Source: Haliotis rubra (taxonomy: Eukaryota). Taken from it: a DNA stretch of 64,000 nucleotides. The stretch is from NCBI RefSeq assembly GCF_003918875.1, contig NW_025767515.1, forward strand, positions 62,001-126,000, given 5' to 3'. Below are positions 34,001 through 47,100 of this stretch, piece by piece. The translations under genes were made by a program, and so were the position numbers. Within the stretch, counting starts at the first letter, position 1; every line of letters starts with the position of its first letter. The notes under the pieces are model-generated. The model was not told where the DNA came from, ran no database searches, and worked only from the letters and a program-made list of their open reading frames with translations.

Positions 34001-36229
34001 TGATTGCTCGTTGGTAATGACACATAACACCTGATCCCCAGCACAGGGAGTTCTTGTAGATGTATACTTGATATAGGTGTCATTCAACTGGACGGGACTA
34101 ACTGGACACATTGTTGTACTGTGCTGATGAAGAACACTTGTGCCATCATTTGGCAACAGTAATGCATAAGATTTGTTATGGTCTGATAAATCATTTTACT
34201 TTCAAATCATAGATGAAAGTCTCCAAAGGAAAACCTAGGTGGTAATGTAGTTAAGATTGAATTGTTAGAACTGATACAACTTACATATTTGGAGTTTTTT
34301 GTGGTACAAGTTTGCTTTGTTTATAATGTTTAAATTTCATTTGTGTGGTCCTGTGTCTAGAGCTCAGGTCACGAATCAGTTGAAGGTAAGCAACGTTGAG
34401 CGCGGAGAGGCCTTGGATGGGTGACTGTGTTTGGCAGCTTGACTCCTGAGAGATTCTAAGACTTCAGTCCTGCCCCTCAACAAAACACATGTGATACATG
34501 CGGTCTCATCTTAAACAATTGAGTTTGATCAAAATTGCCTCTGTTCATCCTGCAGAAAATGGGTACCCAGTGGGATAAGTCATGTGACCATAACCTTCTA
34601 GCGCTTCACAGGCAGCTTGGGTTATCTGAGGTAATAATAGTCATATTGTGATTGTGTGCTTTGAGCATGCTCAGGTATGGATATATGAGTGAGTGAGTGA
34701 GTGATGGTTTTACGCCGCTTTTAGCAATATTCCAGCAATATCACCTCAGGGGACACCAGAAATGGGCTTCACATATTGTACCCATGTGGGAAATCGAACC
34801 CGGGTCTTTAGCGTGACAAGCCAACGCTTTAACCACTAGGCTACCCCACTATGGATATATGCATGGTACAAATATGCTATATATATTTGGAACACATATT
34901 TCTGATTGTAGTTATGTCTACATATATGCGAATACAGACATGCTTTCAGTTAAACTCTAACTCACTTCAACAGCAAAGCAATGTCTATCACAGTTAATGT
35001 TTTATTGTATGACTGCCTTCAAATTGGTACCATCAGAAACATTTCAACAAGACTTGACATTTTTACACTCGGTAACCTTCATAGCAGGCCTGTGTAAAGG
35101 TACTGAAATTCAAAACACACATAAAACTTATAACTATGCATCATCTGTTATATTCTCATCTGAAACAGAGCATGCATGCTAGTCATGCTTAACCCAATAC
35201 AAAGACAGTCAGCATTACCCACCCAGCTGTCACAGCTGATCATCATAATCACATGTAACTATGACATCATGACCATCAATACCATACAAACATTATGAAC
35301 AGGACAGATCTGTTAACAAAGAAATACCTGGAAAATCCCTGTAACGTGTTGAGTAGTATTGTCACTAGGGATTTATCTGGACCTGCTCAGAGGCCAATAT
35401 TCAGCTAAAGGTCAGCCACATGACTGTAAAAATTTCAATTTAAATCTAATATTTCTTAATTTCGCAGAATTTACTAAGTAAAAGAACATTAAAACAGTCC
35501 AGTTTGAAATACTATCACAATATTCTTCCCTGTTTGCCTGTCAAAGGCACTTAAAAATGTGCTCGCAATTAGGTGCCTGATTTGAGGGTGTGGGTTCGAA
35601 TCCACTATGGGACTCAACCCAACAAAAGTACTAGAATCTGTACTTTACTGAGAATGTGTAACATATGTTACATTTAACCACTTTCTAAATGTCATTTTCT
35701 ATTCACAAAGGCACTTAGTTTGACAACCTATAACAATCCCTGGCTACAGTTCTGGCTTTCAGCTTGATTGTCCTAATGTAATGATTGAGGTACATAAATG
35801 GTCATTACATGGTCATTCATAACAGGGATATGAATCATCCCAAAGCTATGAATACACAATACCTGTTAGAAAGTGGTCAAATGCAACATGTATATTTGGA
35901 ATTATATTTTTCTCACTTTTGGAGGGTTGAGTTTCATCAGGGTGTGGTTTAATTAAAATCCTGGATTGGACTCAACAAAAAGAAAGTAGAAGAATCTTTA
36001 CTTTTACTGAGAAAGTGTAATCCTAAATATATATAAAAGTATGATGTAATCAAGGGTCTGTTTTGCAAGCAACTATGTGATTATTCTATCTTGCTAGGAT
36101 TGAGCAAACCTACTCTTTCTTCAGCAGCTTGTCCTGTCTGTCAAGCAGCTCCCTGAGTTCTGGCAGAGTCTTCTTGGTCAGGTCCCCTAGCTGCCCCTGC
36201 TTCTCCGAGGGTATCGACATGGACCCCAT
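28028..36229 (-). CDS. POLR2M: RNA polymerase II subunit GRINL1A / Gdown1, complete, 5 coding exons (330 aa)
   Basis: Exons 36114-36229, 29888-30346, 29120-29378, 28364-28452, 28028-28097. N-terminal DLTKKTLPELRELLDRQDKLLKKEKFLQTLPDKG; C-terminal ISVEESLQL...ERLAGRLHIRLDDYNPEG..NYR plus acidic tail. Probable non-coding first exon ending at donor 37508/37507. Minus-strand AATAAA near 26916-26921. Confidence 0.92.
28098..28363 (-). other. U12-type (minor spliceosome) GT-AG intron of POLR2M
   Basis: 5' splice site GTATCCTTT; branch site TTTCCTCAAC ending 8 nt before the end of the intron; no polypyrimidine tract. Confidence 0.85.
28364..28452 (-). CDS. POLR2M: POLR2M coding exon 4
   Basis: ELMMRQATERLAGRLHIRLDDYNPEGTNM; followed by U12-type donor GTATCCTTT. 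Confidence 0.88.
28563..28760. repeat. 26-bp minisatellite AGTAGAATGCCTCTAACATAAATATC
   Basis: About 6 tandem copies in POLR2M intron 3. Confidence 0.9.
29000..29082. repeat. 22-bp repeat CCCCACCTACCTACCCTGTGTG
   Basis: 3-4 tandem copies. Confidence 0.8.
29120..29378 (-). CDS. POLR2M: POLR2M coding exon 3
   Basis: TLKISKVEDLP...EESAVVLPDYKHDKSVLISVEESLQLVTQQREQHG. Confidence 0.88.
29888..30346 (-). CDS. POLR2M: POLR2M coding exon 2
   Basis: KFLQTLPDKGVKVKMFAETLR...SYERVIKKANEQTPHKKTFKPN. Confidence 0.92.
30422..30620 (-). mobile_element. Family B SINE-like element
   Basis: (GAGT)n tail, then GGTCTGTAAATAATC..CTGGACCAGACAATCCAGTG body. Confidence 0.85.
30887..31450. mobile_element. Helentron/HINE (DINE-like) non-autonomous element
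   Basis: AACAAG start, two 171-bp core repeats (31044, 31215), GGATGGACGGACAG microsatellite, terminal hairpin CCCGCAAC-AGC-GTTGCAGGG then ATAA. Confidence 0.75.
32243..33354. mobile_element. Mutator-like non-autonomous DNA transposon carrying an L2 fragment
   Basis: 53-bp perfect TIRs (32243-32295, 33302-33354); 9-bp TSD ATTCTTTGC (32234-32242, 33355-33363). Confidence 0.88.
32698..33240 (+). mobile_element. 5'-truncated L2/CR1-group LINE 3' end
   Basis: ORF2 C-terminal motifs LQKVQNTAA, HITPVLKQLHWLPI, RTFSYAAPTLWNSLP, FKSGLKTYLF; 3' stem GCGCCTT...AAGGCGC and (TTA)n tail. Confidence 0.92.
34360..34890 (+). mobile_element. 5S rRNA-derived SINE (SINE3-like), interrupted by a tRNA-SINE
   Basis: GAAGGTAAGCAACGTTGAGCGCGG...CTTGGATGGGTGAC resembles 5S boxes A/C; CORE-like AAAATGGGTACC; L2-like tail GCTTTGAGCATGC. 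Confidence 0.7.
34688..34849 (-). mobile_element. tRNA-derived SINE, family A, with 12-bp TSD
   Basis: TSD TATGGATATATG at 34676-34687 and 34850-34861. Confidence 0.92.
35570..36025 (+). mobile_element. Two degenerate fragments of a further tRNA-related repeat
   Basis: GGGTGTGGGTTCGAATCC...GGACTCAAC...TACTTTACTGAGAA at about 35570-35665 and 35935-36025; inverted relative at about 39500-39640. Confidence 0.55.
36114..36229 (-). CDS. POLR2M: POLR2M coding exon 1
   Basis: MGSMSIPSEKQGQLGDLTKKTLPELRELLDRQDKLLKK. Confidence 0.9.
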
Positions 36230-37507
36230 CTGTAGACACATTGACATTACTATGAAGCAGAGATGTGACAGACAGTCCAATTATTTTACATCTCTTAACA
36301 ACTCTAAGTCCAATTCTAAACTACATGCTTTAGATGTTTCATAAGTCTTCTGATAAAGCAGGATGACAGAATAAATAATCTTATTTTCAAGAGACTGTAC
36401 TGACTGACAACCCAACACATATTTTACTGAGGGTAATATTGAATACTTTGTGAAAAAACATTCACACAGACACAAAGAGCCAGTCACACACACCAGAGCA
36501 CGTAAGCATGCACGCACTCACATCCATGTTTAAAATTCAAAAACAGGAATGAACTGTTCCATGTACACTCTAACCTGGACTGCTCTGCTAAAAATATTAT
36601 TTATGTTATAATATGCCAAGGGTGTCGTGAGGAATATATTAGACAAACAGAATGCCCATCCATAAACAACAGGGCTCCAAGACAGGTTGCATACCCTTAA
36701 TTGCTCACATTGATAAATGCACAACAGGAATGGAAATAAAATTCAAGATATTTCCTTCCTTCAAAATTAATACAGCTGATACAATGCAGCATAAAGCTTA
36801 GGAAAACTTATTTATTAAATATTTTTATCTATCATTGAATAGAAACATGTATTTTAATATTGTATTTGCCATTGTCATTGTAAGCTACTAATGTGACATC
36901 ATGGCAATGCTGTGTCAGTGTTTGTGAATGTTACATTGTGATATCATCTTTAAGTTAGTCACAGTATAATCTGTAATCACTCCATGAAGATAAAGCTGAA
37001 ATGCATATGAGGGAAAATTGTGTGGTGTGATTATTTTGTGGATTTTTTCTTTCATAGATAAATCTATATTTATATTATAATATATATGTGTGTGTGTGTT
37101 TACCAAGACCTGTTTCAACTTATATTTCACATGAATTAACCTGAGTTAATCTCAATCATCTTTTTTTAATCATATTCCTACGTTTGTTGGAAATGCAGTA
37201 TACAGAAGTGAATATATCTCGTACAATGTATGGTATCTACAGCAGACGTCTATCAAGGACAGCTTAAGTAGTATGTATATTGTTTTATTTGCACCTCTAC
37301 AGTACATATATATCTCAACTTCTCGTTTTATTCCACAACTTAAAGGTCTTTGAAGCGAATTTTCGCCTGTCATCCTAACGAAAACGGGTGACGTCTTGCA
37401 ATAATAGCCGTTAGACAAGTTTTAAAGTTGCTAGTAAAATTAATGTGTGTTGAAATGACAAGCATGACTGTCTCACGCACAGCTAGGCGAAGAAAAGTTG
37501 TATCTAC

Positions 37508-38033
37508 CTTTCCCACTTTGCTACTTATCGCCTTGTGTTCAGACAATTTACAAAGCCATATCTTACTCTGGAGTACCGCAACTGTGCTCGTTATATAGCC
37601 TTCTGGAAACTACGCCATCTACCGGTTGAACTATTCCATTCCATTGCAGGGGATAGGTGGGTTGTTTTCATGGAGATGTTTTTAATGGTAAGACTCAAAT
37701 ATTTAAATGGAACATAAAAGAACAACATCGTCTTGAATATTCTAAGAACAAGTAACAAGCAACACTCGTGCACGGGGTTTTCTTTCAATGTAAAAATAAT
37801 ATTTCAAGTGCACCCCTACATCCAGTACTGAAATGGTATATGAATATCAGCTGCTGGTGACTGGTTCTCCTTTGATACGCCCACCGGCCTTTGCGTTGAT
37901 CTGTGTAGACGATGTCCCAGTCCGCTATAAATAGTCTCTATCCGTCCCACATCTGTCAAACAAGAAGTTGTAGAGTTGACAACGTAGCTGTTGTAACCCA
38001 AGTCGCGCCTTGCTTTCTACAACTTACAACAAA
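37508..38033. promoter_or_regulatory. Putative bidirectional promoter POLR2M / SLC50A1
   Basis: Probable POLR2M 5'UTR exon (donor AG|GTAGAT at 37508/37507, minus) lies about 0.5 kb from the SWEET ATG at 38034; CpG-richer patch. Confidence 0.5.
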
Positions 38034-38101
38034 ATGGATTTTTTTCATATAGTGGAGTGGTCGACAATCATCTTCACCATTCTCATGATGATGTCAGGAA
38101 T
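38034..38101 (+). CDS. SLC50A1: SLC50A1 exon 1
   Basis: MDFFHIVEWSTIIFTILMMMSG, GTAAGT donor. Confidence 0.85.
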
Positions 38102-41100
38102 GTAAGTTTGAAACTTTTTATGAAGTTTATGCCTAAGTAATCTCCTGTTAACCGTTACCCAAGGCATTATGCATGGGGTAATACTGTTTACTATAGGGTA
38201 TGGGTTTTATATTGACCCAAAAACCTCTCTGAAGGTTCTACCAGCCTGACAATAATGTTTATATAAGAGTCCTAGTTACTGGCCTTCTTAAGGGATGTAA
38301 ACATTTATGTCTGTAGATTTAAGAGTGAACCTGTTTGAAAGTGTGGTAATTTGTTATATTTAGTTATGCACACTCAGCTACAGTTATGACATCCAATGGG
38401 AAAGCAATGATTAAATTCTCCAGTCATTGTCTTGGTATATTTGTTCATACATGACAATGACACTGTGGTTAGACTAAATCTGTCTAGAAATGTATCAAAC
38501 CATGGACTTTGTTAATCATCCATGATAAAACAATACAAGTATCTGATATCAATCACAATCAATATTCAGTATCAGCCATGTGGATATTTAGATGTAGTGC
38601 AAAGCACATAGAGATCGTCAAGCTGAACTTTGCAAGGACTATGTTTCATTTTTGATGACACTATATATATATTTGGTGCACATAGTATATTGTTGTACAT
38701 ATAGTCATCAATGTTTGTTTTAGGTTGTTTTCAGCCATTTTGACTCAGTGTATGAAAAGTATGTAAAAGTTGGAACACTAAGGAAGGAGAACAATACACG
38801 GGTGAACAACTTTATTTAAATAGGAGCGACATTTTGGTTTGTATTCCAGCACCATTATCAAGCAAGTGAAGAACAGAGTATGGATTGTGAGGAAATGGTT
38901 TTATAGTTGATTGGATCAGGTGAGATAGCTTCTTTGAGTTTCCAGATTTTGAAGTCTTTCAGGTTGGTTTTTAAAGCTTGGGCTTTGTCCCACAATATGC
39001 TGTGGTCGGGATTGTCTATTAGATATTGTCTGGTAAGGATGATTTAGAGTCAAGTTTAGATACACTGAATTCTAATGATACCCTTTCATTTGGGTTATGA
39101 TTGGTCTGGATGTTTCACCAAATAAAGCACATCCACAATTGCTGTTATTCCTCTTGAAAACAGGCCAGTATAGTTGTAGTTTTCAAGAGGAATGTATCAC
39201 TTGGCAAATACAATTGGCCTAGTTAAGGATGAGGTCAGCACAAAGCTGATAAAATTGCTCTGTGATGCTGTATACAGGTATCTCTTCCATGCCATGTATT
39301 TACATGTGTAAAAGGGCATAAATTCAACTCTTGTTTGTCATCTCTTCTTTCAGTAAACAAATTGGTCCAGGATGCTGGATTTGATAAATACTAAATCTAT
39401 AAACCAGTCTTTGATTTTGCAACACAGATTAAATTGCCTGATGTGTTAAGATGCTGTACAACAGGCCTCTTTACAATACTTTCAGCATTTTCTTGGGTAT
39501 ACACTTTCTATTTTACAAAATCTTAAGTTTTTGAATTTTAAAGATTGAGTCCCATCCTGGATTTGAATCCACACTCTTAGAGTGTGTCACCAAATCACCA
39601 GCATGCAAAGCCAGTGATGTAACCCACTTAGGCACCATCAACAAGAATGGAAGTCTGACACCGACAACTCTACATCACGTAGATAATCATATTTACAATT
39701 TACGAATACGTTGGGGTTCATATTTAATGTAGGCATTGAGTATTTGCTCACACGTTATCATTCACATGGGCTTTTGATGGGTTTCTTTATGTATCCAATA
39801 TATTTATACTAAGTTCAACTCAGGGTCTCGTTTATTGTGGTTTATAACTGATGACTAAGTCTTCTGCTTATATGCTGTTTGTGTTATTTCCAATTGGCAT
39901 AACCTTGTGTGTTGGCTCAAATGAGTTTCATTTTGAATAATAGGTAACAGATATCTGTGTCACAATCAGTCAGATGTTGCACATCTGTGCATTGTTCACC
40001 ACAGTAGAGTTCATACACATCTCTGTAGTGGAAAGAGGAGCAGTGGCTATTATCTGAGAAAAGGTACTCTAGGTGCCTGTTTCTGCATGCTATGCTGTTT
40101 GGGTATCATAATTCTTCATGGAGACTTGTACTCCAGAAAGTCAACTTGATCTGTGATATGGACGAAAGAAATATTTTAGAAATATAAATAATATTAGGAT
40201 GAGTACCAATGGAAGCCAGAATTTAGGTGCCCTTTGTAGAAAAGTTTGGCAAGTGAACTTGGTCCTTAGATTTCAAAATTGTTATTTATACGGAAAAATA
40301 TATGGCCTCTTGTCTCTGGTAACATTTCCTTTGTTAATGTTTGGTAAGTGTTTAGATACCTGTGAAGATACAGCTTGGAGTGGTGAGATCCTCACTGATG
40401 AAATGTACAGAGCTGATGGATTGTTCTTGCACACTTGTTTAAACCAATACCCTGTATATTGTAAAATCACGACAAGAATGCTGATTATGTGTCTGGTGTG
40501 TTGCTGCAGCTGTCAATTCAGAGAGAGGTATACTGCTTACTTTATCCTTATGAAAGTTCTTATGTGCAAAATGAAACTAAACATTAAAAAGTTGATTTAA
40601 TAACTCGAAATATATTACTGATTGTGAAATGTGAAGGTCGAAAACATGTTTTTATCTTAGATAATAACATGGCAGATTAACCTTTTAATACATAGATCAT
40701 CTCTTGAGCTCCTTACATAATTGACTGAAAATGTACCTATTGGTTAATGTGGGTTATATAGTTAAGTATACATCACCCTGGCACAGGAATAACCTGTGTT
40801 CACAAAGTGCAACAGAAACTGTTGTTATGAGATGACAAGTAGTTTACAGTAATAAGCACAGGGCATACTTAGTGTCTTATCAAACAGATAAATGAAATAA
40901 CAGGCTAGCAAGAAACAAGTTCAGTTAAAATTGAGGAAGTGTTTGGCTGGCAAATACACTGCAAAATCTGAACATCATCCCTTTTGTGTGAAACAACACA
41001 AATCTTATATTTACATAAACAATCCCGTGTAACACAGATCCTCATTAAAAGTAGTCATTTAAATAAGTATACCTGTGTTCCACAGTCATGTAGATGTACT

Positions 41101-44100
41101 GCAATATTCACAATCACTGAAAGGTAGTGTGTATATCATAACCATTTGAAGGTAGTGCATGTTCACGGTCATTTGAAGGTAGTATGTGTTCCCCAGTCAT
41201 TTAAAGGTAGTGCATGTTCCACAGTCATTTAAAGGTAGTGCATGTTCCCCAGTCATTTAAGGGTAGTGCATGTTCCACAGTCATTTAAAGGTAGTGCATC
41301 ATTTAAAGGTAGTGCATGTGTTCCTCAGTCACAGTGCATTTCCACAGTCATGTTCCACAGTCATTTAAAGGTAGTGCATGTTCCACAGTCATTTAAAGGT
41401 AGTGCATGTTCCACAGTCATTTAAAGGTAGTGCATGTTCCACAGTCATTTAAAGGTAGTGCATGTTTCACAGTCATTTAAAGGTAGTGCATGTTCCACAG
41501 TCATTTACAGGTAGTGTATGTTCCACAGTCATTTAAAGGTAGTGCATGTTCCACAGTCATTTAAAGGTAGTGCATGTTCCACAGTCATTTAAAGGTAGTG
41601 CATGTTCCACAGTCATTTAAAGGTAGTGCATGTTCCACAGTCATTTAAAGGTAGTGCATGTTCCACAGTCATTTAAAGGAAGTGCATGTTCCACAGTCAT
41701 TTAAAGGTAGTGCATGTTCCACAGTCATTTAAAGGTAGTGCATGTTTCACAGTCATTTAAAGGTAGTGCATGCTCCACAGTCATTTAAAGGTAGTGCATG
41801 TTCCACAGTCATTTAAAGGTAGTGCATGGTCCACAGTCATTTAAAGGTAGTGCATGTTCCACTGTCTGGACATTTGGCAGCTTGGGTGAAGAAGTGGACA
41901 AGACTGTCTTGTGTGAAATGCAGATAGTCTTATCAAGGTATTCCTTGTTAGCCAAGTTAAAACTGAGGATGTGAATCAACTTGCCAGGACAGCTGGTCAG
42001 GCAAAGCCTAGTCACCCTTAACGAAACATATTGAACATTTTCAGCATTCATTCCACTGTAACAATAAACATAGAGTGGGACTTGCATTATAAAACATCCT
42101 CCCAGACCTCCATCCCAGCAATATCAATAATGTGATTTCACCACTGACACTGCTGGTTCTTCTTGCCATGAAACACCACCTTGATACATTCAGTAATGGA
42201 TTATTGATCAATTGATCCATTTCCTGTAGAAACCTTAATAAAACTTTTTGAAAATGTAAGATCAATGTCGTCAATTATCACAGGTACATGAGAGAGTTGC
42301 CTACTGTTACCTTACTATGTAAGCTTAGCATTGGAGAAATAACAGTGCATGTACTTGTAGATATTTAGGACAATACCAAGACACCTATGTTCAATATGAA
42401 AGTGATGTATTGTTTTGATATTGTTGTACATTGACATATTGACTGCTGGTGCCATTATAGACAGATGTATGTGATAGTCCTTTCTTTATTGTCATTATCA
42501 CAAATAATCAATAAGGCCGATTGTTCCAGGATTAATTGATAGTATAACACATTGTGCAAGGCCACCTTTATCTGGCTGACGGTGTGAGGGACAGTGTTGA
42601 TAGGCTATCAAGTGATGTGTCCCGTGCTCCTAATCAATAATGCTGTATTGCTGTAGTGTATATACAAATATGTGATGTGAGTGTGACATGCACAGTACCT
42701 CAGGAGAGAACATTGAATCTCACTTAAGATCACAGAAAGGGTTCCATTTCTGCAACAGGGCAGCTGATCAGCGATGATATTGATTGCCTGACATGGAGAA
42801 CTGAATGACGTCAATATGAATGACTGAATGTTGTAAGGATTTCTACTTGCTGAAAGGTTAAATGTAAATTTTGATTGGAATATTTGATTTTACAGAAACA
42901 TCATAAAACTGTAAAACTTGGAAATTAACAGTATGAGATTTATTTAATAAGGTGAATGCTTCCAATAAATAAATTGACTATTTTGATTTTAACAATAGAA
43001 TTGTCCTCTTTCTGTTGAAAGAATTTGTCTTAGATACTTTTGTGGGACTTAAAAACTGACTGTTTCATGTAGAAGGGGATATATCCATTCACTTTTTATT
43101 CTGAAACAGTGTTTTACGTAATAAATAATGGACAATAAGAATTCATTTGCAGAGAATGATAAATGTTGCCATTTACTTTTTTTTCTTTCAATGTTATCTT
43201 TTAAGTAATAATTTGTGGATGATAAGATTTAAGTCCTTAGATTGACACATGTTTTCATTCACTTCTTTACCATCTGGTCCATGTGTACTTTATCACAGAG
43301 GACCATGACATAGCAATGCTGTTGAAACAAAAGGTCTTATCAGTGTATTGCAAACAATTCATCCCAGTTTAAATATATTTAAACATGATACATTAATACT
43401 GATGTGTGCACACACAACAATCTTGTATTACATTGTGTTACTCAATCACTTATACAGTAATCTCTACATGATGCTTTATCAATCAGTAGCAGAGAAATGT
43501 GCAGAGCTACATGGAATCATTATCTACTGGAACTATTCACACATGCATGCCCAGCAGCCAATCTGTCCACCTTGACAACATGGTTTCCACAACATGTGCT
43601 ATTTGTGTAGACGCTCAGTAACTGTCCTGGTGACAACAGAATGTTGGACAGGACAGAGAAAGTGCTTTAGTATTGATGGAGCCCTAGACATTGTGCTGTA
43701 TAGATCAAGGAGATGTCCACCAGATGTTGAGGATGCTGGCCTTGTATTGATTATCTTATCAAGGACTTCAGTATTAAAATATTGATATATCTTGTTGACC
43801 CAATGTCTCAACAATGTTCAGGATGATATGAGTGGGTATGTATAACAAGATATAAGCACACTGACAAAGTATTGATTTCCAGGGTTTTGAAATCAGTAGT
43901 ATTCATTATTATAGTTACAGAGTCCATTGATTTCAATAAAATATGTAATACACGATTATGATTATGAAGAAAGCCGTGAGTTCAAGTGTTCGGTAGGTGA
44001 ACCATTAAGAGAACAGTTCAAAAGCTCAGTGTAGGATGAAAAACATATTACCTCAAGTTTTGAGACATACCCCCCAAAAACTTAATTCTTAGAATGCAAT

Positions 44101-47100
44101 GAATCCTTGTATGGCTCAAAGACATACTGTTATGAAAAATGACAAATGAAATTGAAATGTTCACAGTTTAGATAAGAATCTGGTGGTAACTTTAGGATCT
44201 GTGAAATGCGATGGAAGTTTTGTTCTTATTTTAGTAAATGATGTGAAAAAATAAGTGGATCTATTTTATGCCTCTACCACTCCACCCACCCAAAAACATA
44301 GGGGATTAACAGTGTTTCCGTTATCCGGTATATACCTGAAAATCGCCGGTAAAATTTGTTGGGGACCGGTAAATTGAAAGCCAGCAGTATACCGTGTCCG
44401 GTGAATAATCATGTATGAAAATAAAAACATCATGGGTAAGCGAAATGACAGTCTTGGCTGTGCTTTCATGGTCACAAAAACTGTTATGCTTTGGAAATAT
44501 CCAGGCTAAAAATAACTTTAAAATGAGTACTTACAGTATGGTAATAGGATATGACCGGCAAATTTCATTCATGACCGGTAAAAGTTTAGGTCACCAGACA
44601 CAGTGTCCGATAAATAATGAAGTCAGCGGAAACACTGGGATTAAGATATAACTTCCAGTATAACTTTGAACTGGTCCCAAACACGTTTACTGGACATGTT
44701 CTGACTGACCATTCTCTTGGTTTCAGACCACCATGTGTATCTATGTACAAGACTCAGGAGACTAAGAATATACCATTCTTCTTCTTCCTCATCTGCCTTA
44801 TGAAGTAAGTCAATCGGTCTCAACATGAGAATCCATTCATTTCGTACTCCACCTACATACAGTGCATAGTTTGCTATATTCTTATATGTCTTTTTTTTCT
44901 AACATGCAAATCATATTCAGCATTTTATTTTTTTACACTCTTTAAACATATTACAGGACCATGAAATACACAGTTTAATAAAACAAGTTGAGTGTTGGCG
45001 GAGCAATGTCAGAGACATGACAGACAGGCTGATTAAAGGGTGCATGGAAGAAAAGGTCTATTCAGTCGGACCTATTTAGCAGGTGGGTTAGGTCCCTGGT
45101 GAAGCAAAGGCTTTCTTTGGTGGCCAAATGGTCAGAGATAATGGAGGTTGACAACTAAACACTCCTTCTGATAATCTAGTATTGTTGTTTCAACATATGT
45201 ATCAAGATTTGTGACCACTGGGATGTATTTCCCGTGACAGTTGTGTTGTGCCCCCAGCTGTATCCCCTGTGATGTATTGTGTTGCAGTAGCATGATCGGA
45301 CTCTACTATGGCGTGCTCATCGACAATGGCATGCTGAAGATGCTCAACATTTTAGGCACGGCATTGTGGGGCATCTACATATTTGTATACATCTTGGTGG
45401 CACAAGTCAAGGTACTGCCTTCCTATGACAGTGGTCTCTTGCCACATGTTTGTTGTAAATTGTTGTACAGATCTTTTACACAATCAAATTGTTGTTTCTC
45501 TGCTGTAGAGTGAAAATGTGTATATGTTAGATTCAGAGGTTACTGTCTCATAAATCAAATACATAAATCATTACACAGCCTTACATGGAATGTTATTATT
45601 TTTAGCCAAAAGTTTGCAATAAACACATTATGACATTAGCAAACATTTTGTGATGTTTGATTGTCCATGTTTGTTGTCGAACTAGTATTAACTAGTACTT
45701 CTGCACAGTGAGGCTGCCAACCTAGGTTGTACCACTTAATTTCTTCTGGCATCCAATTTAAGACCTTTTGAGTCCTGTCAGTGGACACGCCTGGAATAAG
45801 TAAACTAGACTGGGATTTCACGAACATTAATCAATGCAGTCGGGATAGAATGACATGCATCAGTCCAGTTCAAGGCTGACCAGCTCATTAAGGGTGACTA
45901 GGTTAGGGGGTAGTTGAATGAGGTCAGGGGGTAGTTGAATGAGGTTAAGGGGTAGTTGAACAAGGTTAGAGGGTAGTTGAATGAGGTCAGGGGGTAGTTG
46001 AACAAGGTTAGGGGTTAGTTGAACAAGGTTAAGGGGTAGTTGAACAAGGTTAGAGGGTAGTTGAACAAGATTACAGGGTAGTTGAATGAGGTTAGTAGGT
46101 AGTTGAACAAGGTTAGAGGGTAGTTGAATGAGGTTAGGGGGTAGTTGAACAAGGTTAGGGGTTAGTTGAACAAGGTTAAGGGGTAGTTGAACAAGGTTAA
46201 GGGGTAGTTGAATGAGGTTAAGGGGTAGTTGAATGAGGTTAGGGGTAGTTGAATGAGGTTAAGGGGTAGTTGAACAAGGTTAAGGGGTAGTTGAATGAGG
46301 TTAAGGGGTAGTTGAACAAGGTTAAGGGGTAGTTGAATGAGGTTAGTAGGTAGTTGAACAAGGTTAGAGGGTAGTTGAACAAGATTAGAGGGTAGTTGAA
46401 TGAGGTTAGGGTGGTTGAACAAGGTTAGAGGGTAGTTGAATGAGGTTAGTAGGTAGTTGAACAAGGTTAGAGGGTAGTTGAACAAGATTAGAGGGTAGTT
46501 GAATGAGGTTAGGGGTGGTTGAACAAGGTTAGAGGGTAGTTGAATGAGGTGAGTAGGTAGTTGAACAAGATTAGAGGGTAGATGAACAAGATTAGAGGGT
46601 AGTTGAATGAGGTTAGGGGTGGTTTAATGAGGTTAAGGGGTAGCTTAATGAGGTTAGCAGGTAGTTGAACAAGGTTAAGGGGAAGTTGAATGAGGTTAAG
46701 GGGTAGTTGAATAAGGTTACAGGGTAGTTGAACAAGGTTAGAGGGTAGTTGAACAAGGTTACAGGGTAGTTGAACGAGGTTAAGGGGTAGTTGAATGAGG
46801 TTAAGGGGTAGTTGAATGAGGTTAAGGGGTAGTTGAACGAGGTTAAGGGGTAGTTGAACGAGGTTAAGGGGTAGTTGAACAAGGTTAAGGGTAGTTGAAT
46901 GAGGTTAGCGGGCAGATGAACAAGGTTAAGGGGTAGTTGAACAAGGTTAAGGGTAGTTGAACAAGGTTAAGGGGGTAGTTGAACAAGGTTAAGGGTAGTT
47001 GAATGAGGTTAAGGGGTAGTTGAATGAGGTTAGGGAGTAGTTGAATGAGGTCAGGGAATAGTTGAATGAGGTTAAGGGGTAGTTGAACAAGGTTAAAGGG

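Noticed and set aside
34360-34440. Functional 5S rRNA gene
   Set aside because: Only a diverged internal part is present, fused to a SINE body.
38800-38870. Hammerhead ribozyme at the Penelope end
   Set aside because: The core CTGATGA/GAAA nucleotides are not intact.
43599-43814. GHLLDL word resembling a LINE endonuclease motif
   Set aside because: Single short match with no other APE motifs.
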